Shown: positions 1-8,204 of the stretch, one piece after another
How the letters are laid out: each line of letters starts with the position of its first letter
How positions within the stretch are numbered: position 1 is the first letter of the stretch
Assembly (NCBI GenBank): GCA_012838065.1
Contig: DUPY01000025.1
Coordinates: forward strand, 21,785 to 85,784
Reading direction: 5' to 3'
Source: Acholeplasma sp.
GTDB taxonomy: Bacteria; Bacillota_I; Bacilli_A; Acholeplasmatales; Acholeplasmataceae
DNA: 64,000 nt
Made by a program: the position numbers and the translations under genes
Notes under the pieces: model-generated
Databases searched by the model: none
The model's input: the letters and a program-made list of their open reading frames with translations, nothing else
What the model was told of the DNA's origin: nothing

Positions 1-807
1 ACTAAAAACATTACGCTTGGAACGGCAGTTTCCGTATTAAGTAGTGAAGATCCCGTGCGTCTAACCGAACAATACCGCACCCTTGATTTATTATCCAAAG
101 GTCGTGCTGAGCTTATGGTTGGTCGCGGTTCATTCATCGAATCGTTTCCATTATTTGGGTTTAATTTAAATGATTACGACCTTTTATTTAGTGAACGCTT
201 AGACTTATTGTTAAAACTTAATCAAAACAACGCCATCTCTTGGCACGGAAAAACGCGAGCACCATTAAATGATGTCCAAATATATCCAACGATGAAGAAG
301 CCCTTAAAAATTTCAATCGGCGTTGGAGGAACTGAAAGCTCAGTTATTCGTGCGGCAAAGCTTGGAATTCCAATGGTTATCGCCATTATTGGTGGTAATC
401 CAAAGTACTTTAAACGCCATATTGATTTATACAAGCACTTTTATTTAGAAAGTGGTCATAAATTAGAAGATATGGAAATAACAATTAATTTTCATGGCTA
501 CATCTATGAAAACGAAGCGGACTTAAATCAATTTTATGAAACATATGCGGCTCAAATGAATCAAATTGGAATCGAACGTGGTTGGAGTAAATTTACACGA
601 GGGCGTTTCGACTACGCAATTGGAATGGATGGACATTTGCTTGTCGGTGATAGTAAGTATGTTGCCGAAAAAATTAAAAACATTTTAACTTTCTTACCTG
701 CACAACGATTACTCTTACAATTTACTGTAGGCAATATGCCACATGATAAAACGATGAATGCCATTCGTCTATTCGCAACCGAAGTCAAAGACTATCTAAA
801 AAAATAG
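1..807 (+). CDS. LLM-class (bacterial luciferase-like) flavin-dependent oxidoreductase; 5' end cut by the window edge
   Basis: Frame 1 is open from base 1 (TKNITLGTAVSVLSSEDPVRL...), so the GTG listed at 55 is internal. LGTAVSVLSSEDPVR and LLSKGRAELMVGRGSFIESFPLFGF are typical luciferase-like monooxygenase strings. The TAG stop at 805-807 runs into a terminator hairpin. Confidence 0.8.
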   Translation, partial: TKNITLGTAVSVLSSEDPVRLTEQYRTLDLLSKGRAELMVGRGSFIESFPLFGFNLNDYDLLFSERLDLLLKLNQNNAISWHGKTRAPLNDVQIYPTMKKPLKISIGVGGTESSVIRAAKLGIPMVIAIIGGNPKYFKRHIDLYKHFYLESGHKLEDMEITINFHGYIYENEADLNQFYETYAAQMNQIGIERGWSKFTRGRFDYAIGMDGHLLVGDSKYVAEKIKNILTFLPAQRLLLQFTVGNMPHDKTMNAIRLFATEVKDYLKK

Positions 808-831
808 CAACCCTAGCGGGTTGCTTTTTTT
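807..831. terminator. Rho-independent terminator between convergent genes
   Basis: GCAACCC-tagc-GGGTTGC stem-loop followed by T7 on the + strand and preceded by an A-run (a T-run on the - strand). It lies between convergent stops at 807 and 830. Confidence 0.75.
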
Positions 832-1159
832 AATCTTTTAAAGTTTTATCGTTTTTCTTAAATCTGCCAGATGGAAATAACGTGTAATAAATAGGTATTA
901 GTAAGAATATTAACCAACCTGGATGCCAATAACCAAAGCCAAGACCTAATATTAGGTATATAATCGAAATAATAAATGAAAAGCTCCATTTAACTTTCTT
1001 TATACCAACTAAAATCGGCATAATTGGTATCAATAAGAACACTAGCCATCCTGGATGCCATAAATCAAACTGAAAACCTAAGAATAAAAACACTAACACA
1101 CAAACCAGTGGTGTAACTGCTACAACTCTTCGACGAAAACTAAAAAATTGTGAAATCAT
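830..1159 (-). CDS. Small 4-helix membrane protein with tandem WHPGWL[VI]FLLIPI motif; unknown function
   Basis: 109 aa and very hydrophobic. Two similar halves each carry W-H-P-G-W-L-x-F-L-L-I-P-I. The start ATG overlaps the TGA stop of the upstream LtaS-family gene (ATGA at 1156-1159). Confidence 0.6.
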   Translation of the reverse strand: MISQFFSFRRRVVAVTPLVCVLVFLFLGFQFDLWHPGWLVFLLIPIMPILVGIKKVKWSFSFIISIIYLILGLGFGYWHPGWLIFLLIPIYYTLFPSGRFKKNDKTLKD

Positions 1160-3300
1160 TTTTTCTCCTCCTTATTAAAGTGTGCATTAACCTTCATTTG
1201 TACAAGGCTATCTTGATGTAATAAGTCATTTAACTGTTTAACTTCTTTAATTATATTAAATATACCTTCATCAACTTTTTTATCGCTTGGAAATACTCTT
1301 AAAGGATAACGCATTGAATAAAACATATCATCTAAAACTACATCTAATAATTTATTATCAATAACAAATGTTGGTTCTGTACTCAAAAGATGTGTACCAT
1401 AGTATAAATCATTACGTCTATTCAAATCAAATAATTCGATAATTGTTCGATAAATATCGATATGACCACGAACTTTTTCTTGATGACCAGTTATTAAACC
1501 TTTATTTATTGTATATTCGCCAACTTGTATTTTTTCATCCGACGGGACATAAAGCAAGGCTTCAACTTGTAATAAATGTTTTCGCTCTTCAAGATTACTC
1601 ATCTTAGTTTTTCGTTCAAACAAAACATTTAAATCCCCATTTTTCAGACCACTTCCGTGATCACCATAAAATAGATAAACCGTTTTTCCATCGATAATAG
1701 AATCCCCATTATTCATAAAAAATGATTTAAATATTTCATCATAGTAATCTACAAAATTAATGTATTTTTTCGTAATTCGATTCATTACCTTTAAGTCAGA
1801 AAACAGATCGCGATCAGCTTCTGGATGAAACTCAAACGGTGTGTGTGGCATCATTGTTATTGGAAAATAAAAATGTTTATTTGATTCATTTAAACTTTGT
1901 TTTGTAACCATTTCTGCAAGTCCAACATCCGATAGCCACGGACTAATATGATAAAAATCTTTTTTATATGGATAAACAAATAATGGATAAGGTGCGATTG
2001 TTTTATACGGCTTTAAATTCTTAATGTCCTCAAGGGCAGTAAACGAATCAAAACCAATAATTTTGTCATAAGCGTTTTTACGATTATAAAACGAACCATG
2101 GTCACCATGAAATGCACAAGCTTTATATTCTGCCTGCTTGAAATATTTAGGTAACGTTTCAAAAACAGCTTTGTGTGTATATTCTTTTTTTATGCTGTTA
2201 AAATCTTGCCAGTATAAATTACTAATACCACTTGGATATAGGCCAGTAAGTGTAGCAATTTCTGCATCGGATGAAACGCCAATACCAACACTTGTATAAA
2301 AGTTCTCAAAAACGACAGATTGTGTTTTTAAGGCGTTTAAGAATGGCATTTTCTCTTGCATACTAGGAATCATATTTAAAAAGGCATTCATTGATTCGAC
2401 TTGAACTAAAACTAAATTTCTGCCCTTTAAAATTCCATGTAAATCTTTTTTGTTATCGATTAAAGTTTTATCAATATGTATGTTCGGATTCAGCTCAGAA
2501 AATGTAAGTCGATTATGATATGTTTTACCATCGATTTGATTGGTATATGTATGTTTATTTTTATTGATTTTATCATAGAGTTTATAGAGATCTTCATCCG
2601 TTTTTACTTTAAGAACTTTACGTAAATCAAGTTTATGTTTCCATCCAAAAATATGTACAAAATAATATGGATATAAACCAAATGATTGAATAGCGTATGT
2701 ACTACGAACTGATGCAATTGGTAAGGTCTTTAAAAATAAGCGTTCAAACATAAGACCACTAAAAATTAAAAACATAATAGATGCGCTTAGTAAGCCAAAA
2801 AGAATATAATTATTTAAATCAATATAGAAATTCATGAATTGACTTCGATCGCGTAACATATACATAATCAATAACGTAAATGTCGGTAAAAAGAGAATGA
2901 TTCGGTAATACATAATGAGCTCTTTAAAAATTTCAGTAACCATGCCCTTAGAAATACCTTTTGTTGGATTTTTAAATATTTCTAAACCAACTTTTGTAAA
3001 TGCCGTACCATAATACAAATTAAAAACACTTAGTGCAAAATTAAACATATTAATCAGTACTGTCATAATGAGTAAAACAAGCATTACAACTTCAACTTTT
3101 TCAATAAGAAACATTGTTAAAATGATTAAGATTGATAAGCTACTAAAATTACCTAAAAACGAGTTAATTTCAGGAATGGTTCGATGTTTAAATGGCGCTA
3201 TATAACGATTTAGCTGTTGACGCGTCAAAAAATAAGTATTAAAAACATTCATTAAAATGAATAGACTCAAATAGATTATAAAGTAAACTGTTGCATTCAT
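1156..3300 (-). CDS. LtaS-family (sulfatase-fold) polyglycerolphosphate/lipoteichoic-acid-synthase-like membrane enzyme
   Basis: N-terminal block of about 5 TM helices followed by an extracellular sulfatase-fold domain, with LVLVQVESMNAFL, GVSSDAEIATLTGLYPSG and YLFYGDHGSG strings typical of LtaS-like enzymes. I place the start at ATG 3300 (MNATVYF...), preceded by GGAAGGTGA-caaa. The TTG/ATG at 3339/3336 in the ORF track has no RBS and sits inside a TGTATAAT promoter-like element. Confidence 0.85.
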   Translation of the reverse strand: MNATVYFIIYLSLFILMNVFNTYFLTRQQLNRYIAPFKHRTIPEINSFLGNFSSLSILIILTMFLIEKVEVVMLVLLIMTVLINMFNFALSVFNLYYGTAFTKVGLEIFKNPTKGISKGMVTEIFKELIMYYRIILFLPTFTLLIMYMLRDRSQFMNFYIDLNNYILFGLLSASIMFLIFSGLMFERLFLKTLPIASVRSTYAIQSFGLYPYYFVHIFGWKHKLDLRKVLKVKTDEDLYKLYDKINKNKHTYTNQIDGKTYHNRLTFSELNPNIHIDKTLIDNKKDLHGILKGRNLVLVQVESMNAFLNMIPSMQEKMPFLNALKTQSVVFENFYTSVGIGVSSDAEIATLTGLYPSGISNLYWQDFNSIKKEYTHKAVFETLPKYFKQAEYKACAFHGDHGSFYNRKNAYDKIIGFDSFTALEDIKNLKPYKTIAPYPLFVYPYKKDFYHISPWLSDVGLAEMVTKQSLNESNKHFYFPITMMPHTPFEFHPEADRDLFSDLKVMNRITKKYINFVDYYDEIFKSFFMNNGDSIIDGKTVYLFYGDHGSGLKNGDLNVLFERKTKMSNLEERKHLLQVEALLYVPSDEKIQVGEYTINKGLITGHQEKVRGHIDIYRTIIELFDLNRRNDLYYGTHLLSTEPTFVIDNKLLDVVLDDMFYSMRYPLRVFPSDKKVDEGIFNIIKEVKQLNDLLHQDSLVQMKVNAHFNKEEKK

Positions 3301-3327
3301 TTTGTCACCTTCCAATACTTTATCATT

Positions 3328-3335
3328 ATTATACA
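3328..3335 (-). promoter_or_regulatory. Extended -10 promoter-like element (TGTATAAT) for the LtaS-family gene
   Basis: The minus strand reads TG-TATAAT about 28 nt upstream of ATG 3300 and immediately downstream of the hairpin terminator of the preceding operon. Confidence 0.35.
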
Positions 3336-3336
3336 T

Positions 3337-3372
3337 CAAAAAAAGAACATCTTATATAGTTAAATGTTCTTT
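3337..3372 (-). terminator. Rho-independent terminator ending the four-gene ABC module
   Basis: Minus-strand RNA: AAAGAACAU-(13 nt loop containing the permease stop codon)-AUGUUCUUU followed by a U-run. Confidence 0.55.
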
Positions 3373-4038
3373 TTTTGAAATATGAATGTTTATTAAAACT
3401 AATAATGTCACATAACCAACTTGATACCACAAAGTATACTTATACGTTTTAAACAATGAACTTGTTAAGGGGATTAAATAAAACAATTCAATTCTGATTA
3501 TACGCTCTTGTATCATGGAATATAAAATATTTACAATAACAAAAACAAAAATTAGAAGTTTGTTTTTCTCGCGAATACACAGTAAAAGATATAATAGAAA
3601 GATAAGGCTTGATAGATATACATATAAAAACTCGTCATGAATAAGTATCTTTGTGGTATAAAAGCTTGTAAAAAACTTTGCATATAAAACATATACTAAG
3701 TACGTAAAGTAAAACAAAATTGTTACAACTAAAATATAGGATACAATTTTTGCTAAATGTATTCTTTTTCTTCCAAAATATGTCACAAGTATTTTTATAT
3801 GACCTTGATCATGCTCCATAACAAGCATACCAATCGAAAGTGGCATAAAAAACTTTAAAAATTCAAATAATTTATTGTTGTAATGATAAATTTCATATTC
3901 TTTGTGTAACAACTGTTCCATAGCTGTAGTATCCGTTTTTAAAACTAGAAATAATGAACAAGCAAATAGTAATAAATATCCTAATACAATTTTTCGTCGT
4001 TTATGGGTAAATATACCATTTAATATATACTTAATCAT
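3352..4038 (-). CDS. Polytopic membrane protein, probable ABC-2-like permease partner of the adjacent ATPase
   Basis: 228 aa with about 6 hydrophobic helices. Its ATG overlaps the ATPase TGA stop (ATGA at 4035-4038). No recognisable sequence family by eye. Confidence 0.55.
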   Translation of the reverse strand: MIKYILNGIFTHKRRKIVLGYLLLFACSLFLVLKTDTTAMEQLLHKEYEIYHYNNKLFEFLKFFMPLSIGMLVMEHDQGHIKILVTYFGRKRIHLAKIVSYILVVTILFYFTYLVYVLYAKFFTSFYTTKILIHDEFLYVYLSSLIFLLYLLLCIREKNKLLIFVFVIVNILYSMIQERIIRIELFYLIPLTSSLFKTYKYTLWYQVGYVTLLVLINIHISKKEHLTI

Positions 4039-4595
4039 AGTTCAATTACTTTCTGAGCAAGGTCCTTAAATCGTTCTGGTTTATGTGTACTTATAACGAT
4101 GGCTACATTTTTTTCATTTAATTTCTTTAAATACTTTTTTAACACTCTTACTGCTTTTGAATCTAAACCGCTCAATGGTTCATCTAGTACAAGTAAACTG
4201 TAGTAACCCGTTAGACATGATACTAACATGACTTTTTGTCGATTTCCTTTAGACAACGTATGGATACTTTTGGACAGGGGAATTTCAAAATCAGTAATAA
4301 GTCTGTAATCTAAATGTGCCTTTTTTATACGAGCAACTTCTAAAAGATAATGGTGAGTGTTCACATAAAGTGGCAACACTTCTCGCTCAGGTAAATAACT
4401 AATTCGTATAGGCTTACGATAAATTTGCCCAAAATCATTGACTGTAAATCCATTAATTAAGTTAAGTAATGTTGTTTTTCCACTTCCGTTTATTCCTTTG
4501 ATTACAATAAAATCACCTGTTGATATTAAAAGATTAAAGCGTTTATCTAAATAAAACTTGCCTGCCTCATTAAGTTCAATCAAAGAGATACTCAT
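4035..4595 (-). CDS. ABC transporter ATP-binding protein (minimal, about 186 aa)
   Basis: Walker A GINGSGKTT, signature-like LSKGNRQ, Walker B LLVLDEP. I place the start at ATG 4595 (MSISLIELNEAG...), a typical ABC N-terminus. The GTG at 4616 in the ORF track has no RBS. Neither start has a strong RBS. Confidence 0.85.
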   Translation of the reverse strand: MSISLIELNEAGKFYLDKRFNLLISTGDFIVIKGINGSGKTTLLNLINGFTVNDFGQIYRKPIRISYLPEREVLPLYVNTHHYLLEVARIKKAHLDYRLITDFEIPLSKSIHTLSKGNRQKVMLVSCLTGYYSLLVLDEPLSGLDSKAVRVLKKYLKKLNEKNVAIVISTHKPERFKDLAQKVIEL

Positions 4596-5373
4596 TGATA
4601 TATAACCCGTTTTCACTTAGTGATTCATAGTCAATAACAAAAGGATAGTTGTCTAAAACGAATGTAAAATCTTCACCAGATATTTCATAATCAATCATTA
4701 ATGGAAAGTATGTATTTATTAAAAATGAGTAATCTGTATAAATTGTAAGCAAGTTTGATTCTTCATCGATGTCATAACTAAGATTGTTTAAACCATCTAT
4801 TGTAATTCTTTTAATATTAAATGACATTTGATTAAACTGAATTAATACTTTATCGATTTTTGATTCATAACTATTTTTTGGTTTTTCACCACTAATACTT
4901 TTCCAGTCAAAAAGATCGCTGTTCTTACTTTTCGTGTAATTTAAGTATAAGGACCCTATTGAATACTTATAGGTCTTTTGATTTTCTAAACGTATTGATA
5001 GATAACAATCTTCAATATAAAAGCGTTCATTTAATAAGGGCATTTTAAATGTGTAGATAAACTTATAATACGTTTCATTTAAATACCTTTCCTCATGTTC
5101 AAACATAATCTCTTGTAAATTGACTTCTAGCTTTTTAGATTGGTCTTTCGATTCAAAACCGACACGGCTTACGCGATCAATGTTTGTTAGCGGTATTCGT
5201 TTATCATTGACATAAATCGGTATACTTATATACTGATTATCTTTGTATACATACGTATGAAGTTCATTCATAGTTAATACTTTTAGTGTCGAACTTTTGA
5301 TATTGTTACCAATTAGGATAAATAAAAAAACTGTTGTTAGAACTATGCCAATAGGTAATAATATTTTTTTCAT
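4576..5373 (-). CDS. Membrane-anchored (single N-terminal helix) exported protein, unknown function
   Basis: MKKILLPIGIVLTTVFLFILIGNN anchor or uncleaved signal, then a domain of about 235 aa rich in Y/N/K/E. GGAG lies upstream. ATGA overlap with the preceding ORF at 5370-5373. Confidence 0.6.
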   Translation of the reverse strand: MKKILLPIGIVLTTVFLFILIGNNIKSSTLKVLTMNELHTYVYKDNQYISIPIYVNDKRIPLTNIDRVSRVGFESKDQSKKLEVNLQEIMFEHEERYLNETYYKFIYTFKMPLLNERFYIEDCYLSIRLENQKTYKYSIGSLYLNYTKSKNSDLFDWKSISGEKPKNSYESKIDKVLIQFNQMSFNIKRITIDGLNNLSYDIDEESNLLTIYTDYSFLINTYFPLMIDYEISGEDFTFVLDNYPFVIDYESLSENGLYINEYLFD

Positions 5374-5987
5374 ATGCGTTTTTTCTCCAAGCGTTGATAT
5401 TGTGTTGTAACTACAAAGTATTCAAAACCACCACGGCGTTCTCTAATCCAGAAAATATAGTTTGCAGCAACGCCATTCGTAAGTTTTCCTTCGCCATAAA
5501 CATACAGATCAACTTGTGTACCAGGATCTATTTCAAATTCAATGTTGTATTTTTCAGTTTTGTCTTCATTTTTTGTATAACTTGTGTCAAGTTTAATTGA
5601 TGCGTTAAGTCCGTTTTTAAAACCTTTGTCCGTTTTTGAACTGTTATAGCCAATCGAACCTGTCGATGCCAAACTGAGCTTGCTAGAGCTCTTTAACTCA
5701 AGGTTATACTTATACTTAATGGGTGTATAACCATCATTGTAATATGAAAACAACGTTTCTTTGATAAAGGTTGCTTTTACATCATCGTTTTTTATATGTA
5801 CACGCCATCCCATAAATTTTCGACTATCAACTTTTTTATAATCGTTTTTTAAGTCACTATTGGAGTACTCACTTATAAGTTTTCCGCTAGTTAAATTTAG
5901 TTGTTCAAAACTTGTGTGATCCGCTTTGACCGATTGTGCGGATAATATCACTAATAAAAATAAAACAAAAACTGCTATTTTTTTCAT
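5370..5987 (-). CDS. Secreted protein (cleavable signal peptide), unknown function, beta-rich
   Basis: MKKIAVFVLFLLVILSAQSVKA|DH signal peptide. Strong RBS GGAGGT 8 nt upstream of the ATG. First gene of the four-gene module. Confidence 0.65.
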   Translation of the reverse strand: MKKIAVFVLFLLVILSAQSVKADHTSFEQLNLTSGKLISEYSNSDLKNDYKKVDSRKFMGWRVHIKNDDVKATFIKETLFSYYNDGYTPIKYKYNLELKSSSKLSLASTGSIGYNSSKTDKGFKNGLNASIKLDTSYTKNEDKTEKYNIEFEIDPGTQVDLYVYGEGKLTNGVAANYIFWIRERRGGFEYFVVTTQYQRLEKKRI

Positions 5988-6048
5988 ATTTATCTACCTC
6001 CACATAATATTAGAGGATAAAATAAAAAATTACTTCTAATAAAAAGCA

Positions 6049-6078
6049 TAAAAAAAACAAGCAATTGGATTGCTTGTT
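6049..6078 (-). terminator. Rho-independent terminator after the aminopeptidase gene
   Basis: ACAAGCAA-loop-TTGCTTGT hairpin. On the minus strand it is followed by a T-run (forward A-run 6050-6057). Confidence 0.7.
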
Positions 6079-6089
6079 TCTAAAAGATT

Positions 6090-7337
6090 TTATTTTTTCA
6101 TGAACGCTTCAATATCCTCAACTTCTTTTATTAATGCACTTGATAAGTTAATGGCACCATCTTTAGTAACCAAGATGTTATCTTCAATACGAATACCAAT
6201 GTTTTCTTCTGCAATATAAAGTCCTGGTTCTACAGTTAAGATTGAATTTTCAGGAATAACCATTTGATAATCACCAACATCGTGCACATCAAGTCCTAGA
6301 TAATGACCTAAACTGTGGTAATAATACTTTAAAATTTCGCTATCTTCTTTGATTAATCCAATTTCTTTTAAGCCATCAATTAAAATTTGTTTACCATAGT
6401 TATTAAACGCTTCCATTGTAATGCCCGCTTTTACCCATTTAATGGTTTCTTTATTAGCTTTTAAAACAATTTCATAAATTTGTTTTTGGCGTTCACTAAA
6501 TTTTCCATTTACTGGGTATGTACGACTAATATCTGAACAGTAATTGTTGTAGTTGACACCTAAGTCTAAAAGAATTAAGTCACCATCTTTAGCAACTTCA
6601 TTATTTTTCTCATAATGTAAAATTGTGCCATTTTTTCCGCTTGCGGCAATTGTCGTGAACGATGGAATAACATGATGTTTATTTAAAATATAGTTATATT
6701 CTGCTTCAACTTCATATTCGTACATGTTTGGTTGTAAGTTTTTCATGACATGGTTTAACGCTTTGTCTGTGATTGCAATCGCTTTTTTTGTTAAATCAAC
6801 TTCTATCTCATCTTTTACCATACGAAGTCTTGCAAGAATTGTTTGGTTTGTTTTAACGTTGATATAGTTAAACATGTTTTTAATGTGACGTGAGTATAAC
6901 ATCGCTTCTGTATCTTTTTGTTGGAATGATTGACGTTCTAAATCAAAATAAAAAGTTGAGATTTCACCAAAAATGGCGCGACGAGATGTTTGAAGTAAGT
7001 TTGCGATAAATGTATCTAATGTCGAGCGTTCACGTACATTATCTACGTTTATACCACTTATTTTACTTGCTTCTTCGAATGATAATCCTGCGCCCTCCCA
7101 TAATGCTTTTACTGGGTCAAAGCCGTCAATAAATAAAAAGCTATCAGCCTTATGTTCACCTTTAACCATAACTAAAACGGTGTTTGCTTGATCAATACCT
7201 GTTAGATAGTAAAAATTTCGATTTACAACAAATGGGTAATGACTATCTGCTGATTTATGTGGTGCTAGTCCAGAAAATAAAATCGAGATAGATTTTTTTT
7301 CTACTTGCGCTAAATACGCATTTCTTCTATTGTTCAT
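6090..7337 (-). CDS. pepP: Xaa-Pro aminopeptidase (M24B family)
   Basis: HSLGHYLGLDVHD, EPGLY and IRIEDNILVT metal-ligand motifs of the M24B family, with an N-terminal creatinase-like domain. AGGAGG RBS upstream of the ATG. Confidence 0.9.
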   Translation of the reverse strand: MNNRRNAYLAQVEKKSISILFSGLAPHKSADSHYPFVVNRNFYYLTGIDQANTVLVMVKGEHKADSFLFIDGFDPVKALWEGAGLSFEEASKISGINVDNVRERSTLDTFIANLLQTSRRAIFGEISTFYFDLERQSFQQKDTEAMLYSRHIKNMFNYINVKTNQTILARLRMVKDEIEVDLTKKAIAITDKALNHVMKNLQPNMYEYEVEAEYNYILNKHHVIPSFTTIAASGKNGTILHYEKNNEVAKDGDLILLDLGVNYNNYCSDISRTYPVNGKFSERQKQIYEIVLKANKETIKWVKAGITMEAFNNYGKQILIDGLKEIGLIKEDSEILKYYYHSLGHYLGLDVHDVGDYQMVIPENSILTVEPGLYIAEENIGIRIEDNILVTKDGAINLSSALIKEVEDIEAFMKK

Positions 7338-7424
7338 ATAATATCCTCCTGTACGAAGTCTTTCGTTGTTTAAATTTTATCACAGTTCAATCAATTCTTC
7401 CATATAAATTGGAAGTTTGAACTT

Positions 7425-7450
7425 TATAAAAATAAAGGCGCAACGCCTTT
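7425..7450 (-). terminator. Rho-independent terminator after coaX
   Basis: AAAGGCG-caa-CGCCTTT hairpin overlapping the coaX stop, followed by an A/T-run on the minus strand. Confidence 0.65.
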
Positions 7451-8195
7451 ATTTATTTCTTAAGTATATTTGTAAGATGCCATCAAGTACTATCGTGTCA
7501 TTCAAAGACACTTTACGACGGCAAAGCGGCGCAATCAATTTTGAAAGTCCTCCGGTTAAGATAACATCAAAATCGGCCTTGACTTCATCTCTTATTCGAT
7601 CAATTAATCCATCAACTTGTGCAGCAACGCCATAGGTCACACCAGATTGCATACATGTCGTTGTTGTTGTACCTAAAACTTTTTTAGGTGTCTCAATATC
7701 TATGTCATGTAAAAGTGCTGTATTTCCAACTAAGGCTTTAATTGAAATACGAACACCCGGTGTAATAATGACGCCTAAAATTGATTTATTATGTACATAA
7801 ATATATTTTGTAGCCGTTCCTAAGTCAATAATAAGTGCAGGACGTGAGCTATCTTTTAATCCTGCTGCGGCACAAATTAAGTCTGCACCCACTTCCTTAG
7901 GATTATCTGTTTGAATTTTTATACCTGTTTTAACACCAGGTTCTACGACTACTGGTTGTATACCAAAAAATTTTGTAGCGATTAAGCGAAATTTTTCAGT
8001 TATTCTTGGTACTACAGAAGCAATAATAAAGCCTGTGAATATCCCATAGTTTTCAACTAAAGATTTTAATTGAAGATAATATTCATCAGCTGTTTTAAGA
8101 ACTTCAGTACTTAAGCGATAGGTATCAATGAGCTTGATGCCATCGCTAATACCTATTTTAATGTTCGTATTCCCAACATCTAATAATAATATCAT
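7449..8195 (-). CDS. coaX: Type III pantothenate kinase
   Basis: N-terminal MILLLDVGNTNIKIG (ASKHA phosphate-1 motif), IDLGTATK, and a typical CoaX length of 248 aa. Confidence 0.9.
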   Translation of the reverse strand: MILLLDVGNTNIKIGISDGIKLIDTYRLSTEVLKTADEYYLQLKSLVENYGIFTGFIIASVVPRITEKFRLIATKFFGIQPVVVEPGVKTGIKIQTDNPKEVGADLICAAAGLKDSSRPALIIDLGTATKYIYVHNKSILGVIITPGVRISIKALVGNTALLHDIDIETPKKVLGTTTTTCMQSGVTYGVAAQVDGLIDRIRDEVKADFDVILTGGLSKLIAPLCRRKVSLNDTIVLDGILQIYLRNK

Positions 8196-8204
8196 ACGTT
8201 CGTC

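Noticed and set aside
222-434. Short antisense or alternative-frame ORFs inside well-supported genes: 222-434, 5394-5600, 7417-7635, 8128-8418, 8998-9270, 9486-9692, 11444-11656, 12146-12361, 12558-12749, 15573-15767, 18403-18612, 24590-24775, 30309-30554, 31306-31554, 32175-32381, 33174-33419, 33594-33794, 34215-34436, 34443-34646, 36867-37088, 37822-38074, 38683-38886, 40634-40843, 44116-44298, 44586-45054, 45482-46305, 49157-49527, 51104-51759, 56423-56716 and 57036-57245
   Set aside because: Each one overlaps a longer ORF that has clear family motifs, operon logic and an RBS. None has its own start context. In AT-rich DNA such ORFs are expected by chance.
3301-3339. Longer N-terminal extensions given in the ORF track: 3339, 4616, 9179, 10928, 12463, 23644, 27997, 40366, 49436 and 53654
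   Set aside because: The upstream starts have no Shine-Dalgarno sequence and fall inside promoter elements, RBSs or the preceding gene. For most of these genes a downstream start has a GGAGG or GGTGA site at proper spacing. For 4616 neither candidate start has a good RBS, and I chose 4595 on the basis of a typical ABC N-terminus. The calls remain unverified.
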